Counted from the whole stretch's first letter, positions 54,549 to 63,997 are shown. The stretch is DNA of 63,997 nt, filler included, from Licmophora abbreviata (GCA_900291995.1; 17 parts of 17 records of this genome joined end to end with filler, not necessarily neighbours in it); one strand, 5' to 3'. Program-made: numbers and translations. Notes: generated from the sequence alone by a model not told the origin.

Positions 54549-55522
54549 TCGGCTTCATCCTGCATGGCCCGAAAGAGGTTCTGGAACCTCTGGTGGCCAA
54601 GCGGAGCACCCTAGCGGGGCGCTGCGAGATTAGGCATGCCGCTGATGTCGTGCAGATGGAGGACAAGCCCAGCCACGTGCTACGCAACGGGCGCGAGACC
54701 TCGATGTGGTCGGCACTGGAATCGGTGCGCAATGGTGAAGCGACGGTCTGTGTGTCCTGCGGCAATACCGGCGCGCTGATGCTGCTGTCGGTGATGCGAC
54801 TGCGCAAGCTAGGCGGCATTTACCGGCCCGCCATCGCGGTGATGTGGCCCTCGCGCAACCCGCAAGGGTTCAACATCATGCTGGACGGGGGCGCGGATAT
54901 CCGGGCCGATGCCAAGGACCTGATGCAATATGCGCTGATGGGAACCTCGTATGCGCGCAATGGATTCGGGCTGGAGCGGCCGAGGGTCGGGCTGCTGAAT
55001 GTCGGTACCGAAGAGCACAAGGGCCGCGCCGAGCTGAAAGAGGCATATGACCTCATTTCCGCCAATGCGCGCCATGCGGATTTCGAATTCGTGGGCTTCG
55101 TAGAGGGGCGCGATTTGCCGGGCACCGTGTGCGATGTGATCGTGACCGACGGCTTCACCGGCAATGTGGCTCTGAAGACCGGCGAAGGGATCGCGCAACT
55201 GATCTCGCAGCTGCTGCGCGAAGCGTTTCGGTATTCGCCGCTGTCCCGGCTGGCGTCAGTGCTGGCCTACACGTCGCTGCGGCGGCTGAAAAAGCGGATC
55301 GATCCGCGCCGCGCGAATGGCGGCGTGTTCCTCGGGCTGAACGGAACGGTGGTGAAATCACACGGGTCGGCCGATCCGACCGGGGTTTCGTCGGCGGTGA
55401 AGCTGGCCTATGAGCTGGCGCAGAAGGGCTTTTCGGAAAAGCTGGCTGCAAGGGTTGCATCCGCGAACATGCTTGACCAAGATACCCCAGCAGAAACAAG
55501 AAATAACGGTGAAACCGAATGA
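54549..55522 (+). CDS. plsX: Phosphate acyltransferase PlsX (5' end in gap)
   Basis: SCGNTGA, NVGTEEHKG, DGFTGNVALK, KSHG. Confidence 0.95.
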
Positions 55523-56567
55523 CGCTTCGTGCCGTCGTTGAAGGCGTCGGGCACTACCTGCCGGACCGTATCGTCCCGAACTCCGAGTTTGAAAAGACGT
55601 TGGACACGTCGGACGAGTGGATCAGAACGCGGTCAGGTATCGAGCGGCGCCATTTTGCGGCAGAGGGTCAGACGACCTCGGATCTTGCGGCGCGCGCGGC
55701 GCGTGCGGCGCTGGAGAATGCGGGTCTTGATGTGGATGCGATAGACGGGATCATCGTTGCCACCTCGACCCCGGATCTGACCTTTCCGTCGGTGGCGACG
55801 ATGGTGCAGCGCGATCTTGGCATGACACGCGGGTTCGGCTTCGACGTGCAGGCGGTCTGCGCGGGATTCATCTATGCGCTGACCAACGCCAATGCGCTGA
55901 TTCTCGCCGGACAGGCCAAATGTCTGCTGGTGATCGGCGCCGAGACTTTCAGCCGGATCATGGACTGGACCGATNNNNNNNNNNNNNNNNNNNNNNNNNN
56001 NNNNNNNNNNNNNNNNNNTTAATTAATTAANNNNNNNNNNNNNNNNNNNNNNNNNNNNNNNNNNNNNNNNNNNNTGGCGCAGGCGCGGTGGTGCTGCGCG
56101 CGCAGGAAGGTGACGGCACCAAGGCGGATCGCGGCATTCTGTCGGCGGATCTGAATTCCGACGGTCGGTATCGCGACATGCTTTATGTGGATGGCGGGGT
56201 ATCAAGCACCGGACATGCCGGCAAATTGCGGATGCAGGGCAATCCCCTGTTCCGGCAGGCGGTAGAAAAGCTGACCAGCACCGCCGAGACTGCGCTGGAC
56301 AAGATCGGGCTGACGGGAACGGATGTGGACTGGATCGTGCCTCATCAGGCCAATATCCGCATCATTCAGGGCACGGCCAAGAAAATGGGTCTGTCGATGG
56401 ATCAGGTCATCGTGACGGTGCAGGATCACGGGAACACATCGGCTGCCTCGATTCCGCTGGCCTTGTCGGTGGGGGTGGCCGAAGGCCGGATCAAGCGCGG
56501 CGATCTCGTGTTGTCGGAAGCCATCGGAGGGGGGCTCGCCTGGGGCGCGGTTGTCCTACGCTGGTGA
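55519..56567 (+). CDS. fabH: Beta-ketoacyl-ACP synthase III (split by gap)
   Basis: [28 protein letters not shown]. Confidence 0.95.
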
Positions 56568-56670
56568 TGGCAAATCGTGCGATATCCGCTTAAAGATACC
56601 TCTTCAAGTACTTGAGATTGACTCGGAAATTCCTTCCGACCTACAGTCATTGCAAACCAGAGGGATAGAG

Positions 56671-56973
56671 ATGAGCGAAAAGACACTTACCAGAATGGAC
56701 CTGAGCGAGGCAGTGTTCCGCGAAGTCGGGCTGTCTCGAAATGACTCCGCAGAGCTTGTGGAAAGCGTGTTGGCCCATATGTCGGATGCTTTGGTCCGTG
56801 GCGAACAAGTCAAGATTTCGTCCTTCGGAACATTTTCCGTGCGCGAAAAATCGGCGCGCGTCGGCCGCAATCCAAAGACCGGAGAAGAGGTTCCGATCAA
56901 CCCCCGCCGGGTGCTGACCTTTCGTCCCTCTCATTTGATGAAAGATCGGGTTTCGGCCGGCAACAAAAGCTAG
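56671..56973 (+). CDS. ihfA: Integration host factor alpha
   Basis: [19 protein letters not shown]; follows fabH. Confidence 0.95.
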   Translation: MSEKTLTRMDLSEAVFREVGLSRNDSAELVESVLAHMSDALVRGEQVKISSFGTFSVREKSARVGRNPKTGEEVPINPRRVLTFRPSHLMKDRVSAGNKS

Positions 56974-56987
56974 GATAAAAGCGGGAT

Positions 56988-57872
56988 ATGGCCAAATCCG
57001 CCGACGCTTTCCGCACCATCAGCGAAGTGGCCGACTGGCTGGAAACGCCAGCGCATGTTCTGCGTTTCTGGGAAAGCAAGTTCAGCCAGGTGAAACCCGT
57101 CAAACGGGCTGGCGGGCGTCGGTATTACAGACCGGCGGACATGGAGCTTCTGGGGGGGATCAAGAAGCTCCTGCATGATGACGGCATGACCATCAAGGGC
57201 GTGCAGAAAATCTTGCGCGAAGAAGGCGTAAAGCATGTGGCGGCCTTGTCCCAACCTGTGGATGGCGATTTTGAGGGGTATGTTGACGCAACGGCCCATG
57301 ATGAGGCGCCTGACGATCACCCACAAGACAGCGCGCAGATGGTGGCCATGACGCCCGACATTGAGGTTGCCGAGGCCGCGCATCGCGAACCTGCTGCCGA
57401 GGAACTCACGTCTGTAAGCGTTGAGCCGGACGAGCCAGTGGCGGAAACGCAAGAGGCGGACGGTCAGAACAGCCAAAAAGACGACAGAGCTATTGCGGAC
57501 GACCCGCCCGAGACTGCGCCCGAAGAAATCGAAGCGCCGGCCCCCGTCATACCCAGCTTCAGCCAGCGCAGGGATGTCGAGGACATCGACCAGCCCGCTG
57601 AGTCTGAAGCAGAAATTGAGGCTGAGGCTGAGATCGACCCTGGCGCGCCCGCCGAGGCAGCACCGGAGCCACCTGCCCCGCCCGCACCCAAACCGGCTGT
57701 GATCACCCTGCCCGACGATCCCTCCGATGACATGGCGACCGCCCCGGGCCTTCTGTCTCGATTGGCCACGCTGACTGCGCCCGCCACCGAGGAAAAACGC
57801 CACCGGGTCAGGACCCTGATGGCGCGTCTGCGAGAGGTCACGGACCGCCCGGAAAATAGGCGCGATAGCTGA
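56988..57872 (+). CDS. MerR-family regulator with long acidic Pro/Ala-rich tail
   Basis: [21 protein letters not shown]; follows ihfA. Confidence 0.88.
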   Translation: MAKSADAFRTISEVADWLETPAHVLRFWESKFSQVKPVKRAGGRRYYRPADMELLGGIKKLLHDDGMTIKGVQKILREEGVKHVAALSQPVDGDFEGYVDATAHDEAPDDHPQDSAQMVAMTPDIEVAEAAHREPAAEELTSVSVEPDEPVAETQEADGQNSQKDDRAIADDPPETAPEEIEAPAPVIPSFSQRRDVEDIDQPAESEAEIEAEAEIDPGAPAEAAPEPPAPPAPKPAVITLPDDPSDDMATAPGLLSRLATLTAPATEEKRHRVRTLMARLREVTDRPENRRDS

Positions 57873-57932
57873 GAGGAAAATTCCAAATTCCTCTTGTTCC
57901 CGTTCTCAAAACAGGTATGTAACACCCCAAGT

Positions 57933-58009
57933 CGGGCTATAGCGCAGTCTGGTAGCGCGTCCGTCTGGGGGACGGGAGGTCGTAGGTTCGAATCCTGCTA
58001 GCCCGACCA
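57933..58009 (+). tRNA. tRNA-Pro(GGG)
   Basis: 77-nt cloverleaf CGGGCTATAGCGCAG...CT GGG GG...GGTTCGAATCC...ACCA. Confidence 0.96.
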
Positions 58010-58100
58010 AATAATCCGTCCCCACTCTTGCTTGTCGACGCTGACCATCGGCGCGCATTCTGCCCGGTCCTGTTCGGCACGGGCAATCAGAGGGGACGAG

Positions 58101-59177
58101 ATGACCGGTGTTTTGGCCAGCCAGCAGATTTCGGCTCTGATTGCCGATGGACGGATTTCAGCGACAACAGGCGTTTCCCCGGAACAGATTCAACCCGCCA
58201 GCCTTGATTTGCGCCTTGGCGATGTGGCCTACCGCGTGCGCGCGTCGTTTCTTGCTGGTCACGGGTGCACGGTGGCCGACCGGCTGCCCGAATTCGAGAT
58301 GCACCGCATCGATCTGACGCAAGGCGCTGTTCTGGAGAAGGGCTGCGTCTATGTCGTGCCCCTCATGGAATCGCTGGACTTGCCCGACAGCCTGCAGGCG
58401 GTGGCCAATGCAAAATCTTCGACCGGGCGGCTGGATTTGCTGACACGGACGATCACCGATGGCGGGACCGAGTTCGATCGCGTTCCGATGGGTTATGCTG
58501 GCCCGCTTTATGCCGAGATTTGTCCGCGCTCGTTTTCCGTTCTGGTGCGGCCCGGTATGAGACTCAACCAGATTCGCTTTCGCGAGGGTCAGGCCGTGCT
58601 GGATGACGCGGCGTTGCGCCAGCTGCATGAGGATACCCCGCTTGTCGATGGCGACGCGGTCATCAGCGATGGTCTGGGGTTTTCGGTCGATCTTAGGCCG
58701 ACTGCGGGCAGTCTGGTGGGATATCGCGCCAAACCCCATACAGGGATCATCGATCTGGACAGGATCGGCGGCTATGATCCGGCGGAATACTGGGAAGAGG
58801 TACATTCAAGCAAGGGGCGCATCATCCTTGATCCCGGTGCGTTCTATATCCTTGTCAGCCGCGAGGCGGTGCATATCCCGCCGGCCTATGCCGCTGAAAT
58901 GGCGCCCTATCTGGCCATGGTCGGTGAATTCCGGGTGCATTACGCGGGCTTTTTCGATCCCGGTTTCGGCCATGACGCGGCGGGCGGCGCCGGGTCACGC
59001 GGCGTGCTCGAGGTGCGCTGCCACGAGGCGCCTTTCGTGCTGGAACATGGGCAGATCGTCGGGCGGCTGGTGTACGAACGCATGAGCGAGGTGCCTGACC
59101 AGCTTTACGGGTCAGGCATCAAGTCCAATTATCAGGGACAGGGCCTCAAGCTCAGCAAGCATTTCCGAGCGGCTTGA
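58101..59177 (+). CDS. dcd: dCTP deaminase, long alphaproteobacterial form
   Basis: QPASLDLRLG, KSSTGRLD, HYAGFFDPGFG, SNYQGQ. Confidence 0.92.
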   Translation: MTGVLASQQISALIADGRISATTGVSPEQIQPASLDLRLGDVAYRVRASFLAGHGCTVADRLPEFEMHRIDLTQGAVLEKGCVYVVPLMESLDLPDSLQAVANAKSSTGRLDLLTRTITDGGTEFDRVPMGYAGPLYAEICPRSFSVLVRPGMRLNQIRFREGQAVLDDAALRQLHEDTPLVDGDAVISDGLGFSVDLRPTAGSLVGYRAKPHTGIIDLDRIGGYDPAEYWEEVHSSKGRIILDPGAFYILVSREAVHIPPAYAAEMAPYLAMVGEFRVHYAGFFDPGFGHDAAGGAGSRGVLEVRCHEAPFVLEHGQIVGRLVYERMSEVPDQLYGSGIKSNYQGQGLKLSKHFRAA

Positions 59178-59194
59178 GCGGCGGGGAAACCGGA

Positions 59195-59395
59195 TCAGAA
59201 CCGACCGAAGCGGCGACCGATCTTGAGTGCCTGACGGGCACGTTGTTGTGTCTTGCGGGTATCTGGACCCGGTGCCGATTCTCCATCGGCGTCATTGCGT
59301 TTGCTCATGGCGTTGATGCCCGCATTCATGCCCTTGCTGACGACGGTTCGCATGACCATGCGCAGGATCATCGTGACGATGCTGTTGACGTTCAT
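59195..59395 (-). CDS. Small hypothetical protein, 66 aa
   Basis: GAGG RBS; basic amphipathic MNVNSIVTMILRMVMR. Confidence 0.65.
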   Translation of the reverse strand: MNVNSIVTMILRMVMRTVVSKGMNAGINAMSKRNDADGESAPGPDTRKTQQRARQALKIGRRFGRF

Positions 59396-59486
59396 AACTG
59401 CCTCACTCGTGTTTCAGTGTACCCGTGGTTCATCATATAACATGAAATCACGGCGTTTTCAGGGCTTGCAACCCAAGAGCCTCACA

Positions 59487-59879
59487 TCAATCCTCGAAGA
59501 GCTCGCTTTGACCTTCGGAGGATTGCTCGTCCGCATCGCTGTCGCCCTCGCCCATTTGAGGCATGGCGCCGGGAGCGGGACGGTTTTCCAGCAAGCCGGC
59601 GGCGCGCAGTTCCTTGAGGCCCGGCAGATCGCGGGCCGATTCGAGGCCGAAATGATCGAGGAAGGACTGAGTGACCACGAAGGTCACGGGGCGACCCGGC
59701 GTCATCTTGCGGCGGCCGAAGCGGATCCACTCCATTTCAAGCAGTTGATCCACCGTGCCACGGCTGACGGAGACGCCGCGGATCTCTTCGATCTCGGCGC
59801 GGGTGACGGGCTGATGATAGGCGATGATGGCAAGGGGTCTCGACCGCGGCGCGGCTGAGTTTGCGGGTCTCAACGGTTT
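59487..59879 (-). CDS. scpB: SMC-Scp subunit ScpB (3' part, apparent 1-nt frameshift at 59834-59837)
   Basis: LAIIAYHQPVTRAEIEEIRGV, PGRP, FLDHFGL..DLP. Confidence 0.9.
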   Translation of the reverse strand, partial: KPLRPANSAAPRSRPLAIIAYHQPVTRAEIEEIRGVSVSRGTVDQLLEMEWIRFGRRKMTPGRPVTFVVTQSFLDHFGLESARDLPGLKELRAAGLLENRPAPGAMPQMGEGDSDADEQSSEGQSELFED

Positions 59880-59979
59880 NNNNNNNNNNNNNNNNNNNNN
59901 NNNNNNNNNNNNNNNNNNNNNNNTTAATTAATTAANNNNNNNNNNNNNNNNNNNNNNNNNNNNNNNNNNNNNNNNNNNN

Positions 59980-60506
59980 CAGATATAGCGCGCCGCCAAC
60001 AACGATACCGTGCCGAGCAGGGCCGCCAGCAACGCCACGACATGCCCAAGGCCAATGGACGACAGGCCCGAGGGAAAGAGGACCAAGACACCCATGCTGG
60101 CAAGAGCAAGACCGCCCCATGCCTGCGGGCGCACCGGCTCGGACAGGACAGGGCCGGACAGGATGCCGGCAAAGATCGGGATGAGCGCGATGAACAGAAA
60201 CACCTCGGCGAATGGCAAAAGCCGAAAGGCATGGAAAAACGCGACCGCCCCGGCCACCGTCGCCACCGAGCGCAGCGCCATGGCGCGCGGTGCATGCGTG
60301 CGCACGCCCCTGTCATCACGCAAGACGCGCGTGGCCAAAAGGCTCAGCCCGGCCACGATGCCGCCCGACACCGCAAAGAGTTGCGGCGCGGCATAGGAGG
60401 CGGCAAAGACCTTGGTGATCGCATCAGCGCCCGTGATCAGCAGCGTGTAGAGCACCATCAACCCCGCCCCGATGGCGGCGGGGGCGGCCAGCGGCACGCG
60501 CTTCAA
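59980..60506 (-). CDS. EamA/DMT family transporter (truncated by gap)
   Basis: DAITK, LPFAEV, PVLSEPV, multiple TMs; TTG start overlaps upstream TGA. Confidence 0.88.
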
Positions 60507-61588
60507 GACCGGTCTCCGCCAAGGCGGGCCAGACCCGTGCGGGCAAATCCGGCGAAGAAGGCATCGAACCTGTCGGTTGCCGCCTCGGCCAGAGCAAGGA
60601 CGGACCGGGCTTCGGACGAGAGTTTGTCATGGATCGCCGCTTTCATCACAAGCCAGTCCGCGCTGCGCCTGTCGCCCAGGCCATACATGCACTCGGACAA
60701 TTCCCGCAACGGGCCTTGCCCCGAAGGGACATGACGAAACGCAAGCGGGCCCTCGGGCACGGCAAGCGAAAACCCACCCTGCCCGGCCAGCGCCAGATGC
60801 CAGTTGACCATCAGAAAGGAGTGATAGTCGTCCGGCCCGGCCGCAGCGTCGACAGCGTTGATGCGGAACCGCGCCGCCTGATCGCGGATCCAACGCTCCC
60901 ATATGTCCGGTGGAGTGGCCCCGGCAAAGCGCAGCGCGATACAGATTTCGGACAAAAGATCGAGGTTCATGTCGAGGAAGGCCAGCGTTCCGGCAAAGAA
61001 CAGGCTGTCCAGGAACACCTCATCCAGCCCGGGATCGCAGCGGCCATATTCGGAGAGGTAAAAAACGATATGCGTCAGCTCATAGGCTGCTTTCTTGTTG
61101 GGCATGGCAAATGTTGCCGAACGCCGCGCAAAGCCCCGCAAACGGTCATTCAAACCAGCATCATGCGGCAGCGGATCGACTCCGCGTCGCAGGCAAAGCC
61201 GCCGAGCCTCGGCGCGCTGGAGGTCTGAAAGCTCGGCCTCGGCAAGACCCTCGGTCACGACCCAATGGACAAGCTTCTCGCCCTTTTCCCCACCGATCCC
61301 GATGTCTTCGAGATCGAGGCAGATGGACAGCAGGAAACGATAATATTGCGGAAAAAATCCAAGACGGTTTTCGATGTCTTCATAAAAGTCGCGATGAACC
61401 GCAACCGCGTCTGGCTCGGGCAGAGAGCCGGTTGTCTCGAGCACGTTGAGTAATTCGGCGTTTTCCTTCATCCAGAAAACGTCGTCTCGGTGGCGGCGCT
61501 GCGTTGCGAAGGTCGTCACAAGCGCCGCCTGTCCCGACATCTTGGCGGGTTGGCGAAACGGAACATTCAGTCGAACGATATCTCCCAT
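60503..61588 (-). CDS. Uncharacterised 361-aa protein, candidate peptide-modifying enzyme
   Basis: Long ORF with host-like codon use and AAGGGA RBS; motifs WMKENAE, FFPQYYRF, YELTHIVFY, SEI, DDYH; no signal peptide or clear TM. Confidence 0.8.
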   Translation of the reverse strand: MGDIVRLNVPFRQPAKMSGQAALVTTFATQRRHRDDVFWMKENAELLNVLETTGSLPEPDAVAVHRDFYEDIENRLGFFPQYYRFLLSICLDLEDIGIGGEKGEKLVHWVVTEGLAEAELSDLQRAEARRLCLRRGVDPLPHDAGLNDRLRGFARRSATFAMPNKKAAYELTHIVFYLSEYGRCDPGLDEVFLDSLFFAGTLAFLDMNLDLLSEICIALRFAGATPPDIWERWIRDQAARFRINAVDAAAGPDDYHSFLMVNWHLALAGQGGFSLAVPEGPLAFRHVPSGQGPLRELSECMYGLGDRRSADWLVMKAAIHDKLSSEARSVLALAEAATDRFDAFFAGFARTGLARLGGDRS

Positions 61589-61640
61589 GGGCTCTATCCC
61601 TTGTAAGGCAGGTTGATGAAGGATCCGTTTCGCCCATGGC

Positions 61641-61937
61641 TCAGATGCTCGAGGTGAACGCCTGAACCAGATCGCCAAGCGCGGCCTCGCCCGTGGTGAC
61701 GGGACCGATGGAGGAGGTGAACGCCTCGACCGCGTCGCCACGGATGGCTTCGCCGGTGGTGATCGGGCCGATGGACGACGTGAACACGTCGACCGCATCG
61801 CCGGCGAACATATTGGCACTTGTCACAGGACCGATGGACGAGGTGAATGCCTCAACGGCGGAGCCGTCATGCGGGTTGGCGACGGTTTCGTCGACATGGG
61901 CCAAGGTTTCGATTTCGAGGGTTTTCAAAGCAAGCAT
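61641..61937 (-). CDS. 98-aa repetitive peptide, candidate multicore RiPP precursor
   Basis: GGAGA RBS; 24-aa leader then four G(D/S)xVxxFTSSI(GP) units at 21-aa period, with synonymous codon variation between units. Confidence 0.85.
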   Translation of the reverse strand: MLALKTLEIETLAHVDETVANPHDGSAVEAFTSSIGPVTSANMFAGDAVDVFTSSIGPITTGEAIRGDAVEAFTSSIGPVTTGEAALGDLVQAFTSSI

Positions 61938-62019
61938 GTCATTCTCCCAGGTTAGGTTGCAGCCCCCTGACGATTGCACGTTAAAATTGTTTTTCAATTG
62001 GAAATTCTACCTACCCGAG

Positions 62020-62131
62020 TTTTCCACAGGCTGCTTTCCCGAATAGGGTGCAGCAAAATCCTGAATTTGTTCAGAAAATCCGACTGCCTAAATATTGTAT
62101 ATAAAGTTATCCACACCCCCAGATGTCGTGG
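62020..62131 (+). promoter_or_regulatory. Two DnaA-box matches and an NrdR-like box in an AT-rich divergent promoter
   Basis: TTTTCCACA 62020-28, TTATCCACA 62107-15, CCCCCAGATGTCGTGG 62116-31. Confidence 0.5.
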
Positions 62132-62263
62132 ATTTCGGAGCCATTACGGCCGAAGGCCCCCGAATCAACCTATGCTTGATTCCATGTCGCGCGTCACGGT
62201 CGGACCCTTGCCTCGGGCGGTAAGCTGCGCAATAGAGGGGACGGACAAGCGGGGGCCGACCAG

Positions 62264-62894
62264 ATGAAAATTGCCAGTTTCAACATCAACGGCATCAAGG
62301 CCCGTTCGCAGGCCCTTACCGATTGGCTGGACGAGGCGCAGCCTGATGTCGTCGTCCTGCAGGAAATCAAGTCGGTCGATGAGGGCTTCCCCCGCGAGCT
62401 TTTCGAGGATCGTGGCTACCGGGTGGAAACGCATGGCCAGAAAAGCTTCAACGGCGTGGCGATCCTGTCGCGGCTGCCGCTGGAGGATGTCACCCGCGGC
62501 TTGCCCGGCGACGATGAGGACGAACAGGCGCGCTGGATCGAAGGCACCGTAATCGGAGACAAGACCGCCGTCCGGGTCTGTGGGCTTTACCTTACCAATG
62601 GCAATCCCGTACCGGGGCCGAAATATGACTACAAGCTGGCGTGGATGGAGCGGCTCAAGGCCCGCGCCGAGGCGCTGTTGGCCGCTGAGGAACCAGCACT
62701 CATGGCGGGGGATTACAACGTGATCCCTCAGGACGAGGACGCCAAACGCCCCGAGGCTTGGCGCAAGGATGCCCTTGCCCTGCCCGAAACCCGCGCGGCG
62801 TTCCGCCGGATCGTGAATCTGGGGTTCACCGAGGCCTTCCGCACCCTCCATCAGGGGCCTGGCCATTACACGTTCTGGGATTATCAGGCCGGCG
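62264..62894 (+). CDS. xth: Exodeoxyribonuclease III (truncated)
   Basis: SFNINGI, LQEIK, NGVAILS, GDYN, YTFWDY. Confidence 0.95.
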
Positions 62895-62994
62895 NNNNNN
62901 NNNNNNNNNNNNNNNNNNNNNNNNNNNNNNNNNNNNNNTTAATTAATTAANNNNNNNNNNNNNNNNNNNNNNNNNNNNNNNNNNNNNNNNNNNN

Positions 62995-63284
62995 TTGTAG
63001 TGGAAATGGATGTCGGCCACGATCGGCACCGGGCTTTCGGCGACGATCTCTTTCAGGGCCTTGGCGCTCGCCTCGTCAGGCACCGAGATGCGCACGATAT
63101 CGGCGCCCGCCTCGGCGGCGGCCTGCACCTGCGCCACGGTGGCGGCGACATCGGTGGTGGCCGTGTTGGTCATGGTCTGCACGCTGATCGGCGCATCGCC
63201 TCCCACCGGCACGCTGCCGACCATGATCTGGCGGCTTTTGCGGCGGTAGATATTGCGCCAAGGGCGGATATGGTTCAGCGACAT
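62995..63284 (-). CDS. ispG: HMBPP synthase IspG (5' part)
   Basis: [32 protein letters not shown]. Confidence 0.95.
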
Positions 63285-63378
63285 CGCATGTTCCCCGGGG
63301 TGTTCGCGTCAGAGCGGGTGGATTGGTGACAGGCGCAGGATAAGCGCCAAAGCGCCCCGCTGCAATCACTGGCTGCGA

Positions 63379-63997
63379 TCACTGCTGTGGGGCCACCGCC
63401 GGCTGGAGTTCGGCCACGTAGCGCAGAAGATCCTCGTCCTGGGTCAGGTCCGCCACCTCATAGGCCGCCGTCAGCGCCTCGGCATCGAGCGCAAGCCCCG
63501 AGGTGACCGATCCGCTGGCACCCGCCGGGCCGTAATGCTGGCCGTTCACCGTGAAATAGACCGCACCGGATTCGCCCACGCGGATCGTCGGCGGCTCTTC
63601 GGTGGTGGGCACGTCATAGGTGTCGCCGGCATTCATCACGCCTTCGAAGATCACGCTGCCATCGCCCGCGCGCACCCGTACCCATGCCGGGCGCACCGCC
63701 ACGACGCGCACGCCGGGCAGAGGATCTTCCACCACTTGCGGCGTGCCGGGGACCGCGTTCGGCTGATTGCCCGCAAGGGCGAAGCTGCTCGAGCGGTCAG
63801 TTTGCGGCAATTCGGGGCGCAGCGTGCCCACCTGCGCCGGATCCAGCGTTGAAATCGGGGCGTCGCGCGCCACCATGACGGGTACATCCAGCGCCTCGGG
63901 CCGGTAGAGCCGGTCGATGCTGTCGCTCTCAGGGCGGCAGGAAACCACCGGCGGTCCGGACCGGATCGCTGTCGCCATCGGGGGTCGAGTGATCGCG
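63379..63997 (-). CDS. rodZ: RodZ-like protein, C-terminal DUF4115 part
   Basis: PAWVRV..DGSVIFEG, GAVYFTVNG; upstream of ispG. Confidence 0.7.
   Translation of the reverse strand, partial: AITRPPMATAIRSGPPVVSCRPESDSIDRLYRPEALDVPVMVARDAPISTLDPAQVGTLRPELPQTDRSSSFALAGNQPNAVPGTPQVVEDPLPGVRVVAVRPAWVRVRAGDGSVIFEGVMNAGDTYDVPTTEEPPTIRVGESGAVYFTVNGQHYGPAGASGSVTSGLALDAEALTAAYEVADLTQDEDLLRYVAELQPAVAPQQ

Noticed and set aside
57290..57790. Acidic Pro/Ala-rich tail of the MerR protein as a repeat or novel domain
   Set aside because: Low-complexity linker with no periodic conserved unit
59834..59837. Frameshift in scpB (RKLSRAAVET then LAII in another frame) as a pseudogene or programmed shift
   Set aside because: One extra base in a G4 run about 45 nt from a contig end, in a core gene; most likely a sequencing error
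61589..61819. 438-aa version of the putative maturase ORF overlapping the precursor
   Set aside because: Extension is an alternative frame of the precursor; the RBS and ATG at 61588 give the better start
62020..62115. DnaA boxes as oriC
   Set aside because: Only two boxes and no dnaA, parAB or hemE context

Overview
Draft-assembly window from a GC-rich Rhodobacteraceae (Roseobacter-group) alphaproteobacterium. It is 17 contig pieces joined by 16 artificial 100-nt spacers (N44-TTAATTAATTAA-N44), so adjacency across gaps is not guaranteed. Most of it is housekeeping: dusB-ntrBC-ntrYX, ispDF-pgpA, hpt, the iscR-iscS-sufBCD-sufS operon with Irr-type and IscR-type boxes, mfd, hemB, gyrA, wza, ctaA, rpmH-rnpA-yidD, iorAB-type oxidoreductase, uup, olsB, bamE, plsX-fabH-ihfA-merR, dcd, scpB, xth, ispG, rodZ and three tRNAs. 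Accessory content: a TetR/CoA-ligase/crotonase mini-operon, a large glycoside-hydrolase-like RTX protein, an orphan MuF polymorphic toxin/immunity pair beside tRNA-Arg(CCG), and an AT-rich islet beside tRNA-Arg(ACG). The best candidate for an undescribed system is at 59980-61937 (minus strand): a 98-aa peptide with a 24-aa leader and four 21-aa-period repeats of an invariant FTSSI core, the last ending at the stop codon, followed by a 361-aa protein with no function I can assign and a translationally coupled EamA/DMT transporter. This looks like a multicore RiPP-type locus, but no modification chemistry can be shown from sequence alone. A dispersed 4x11-bp tandem repeat (consensus GATACCGACGY) occurs three times, twice as inverted copies flanking uup.
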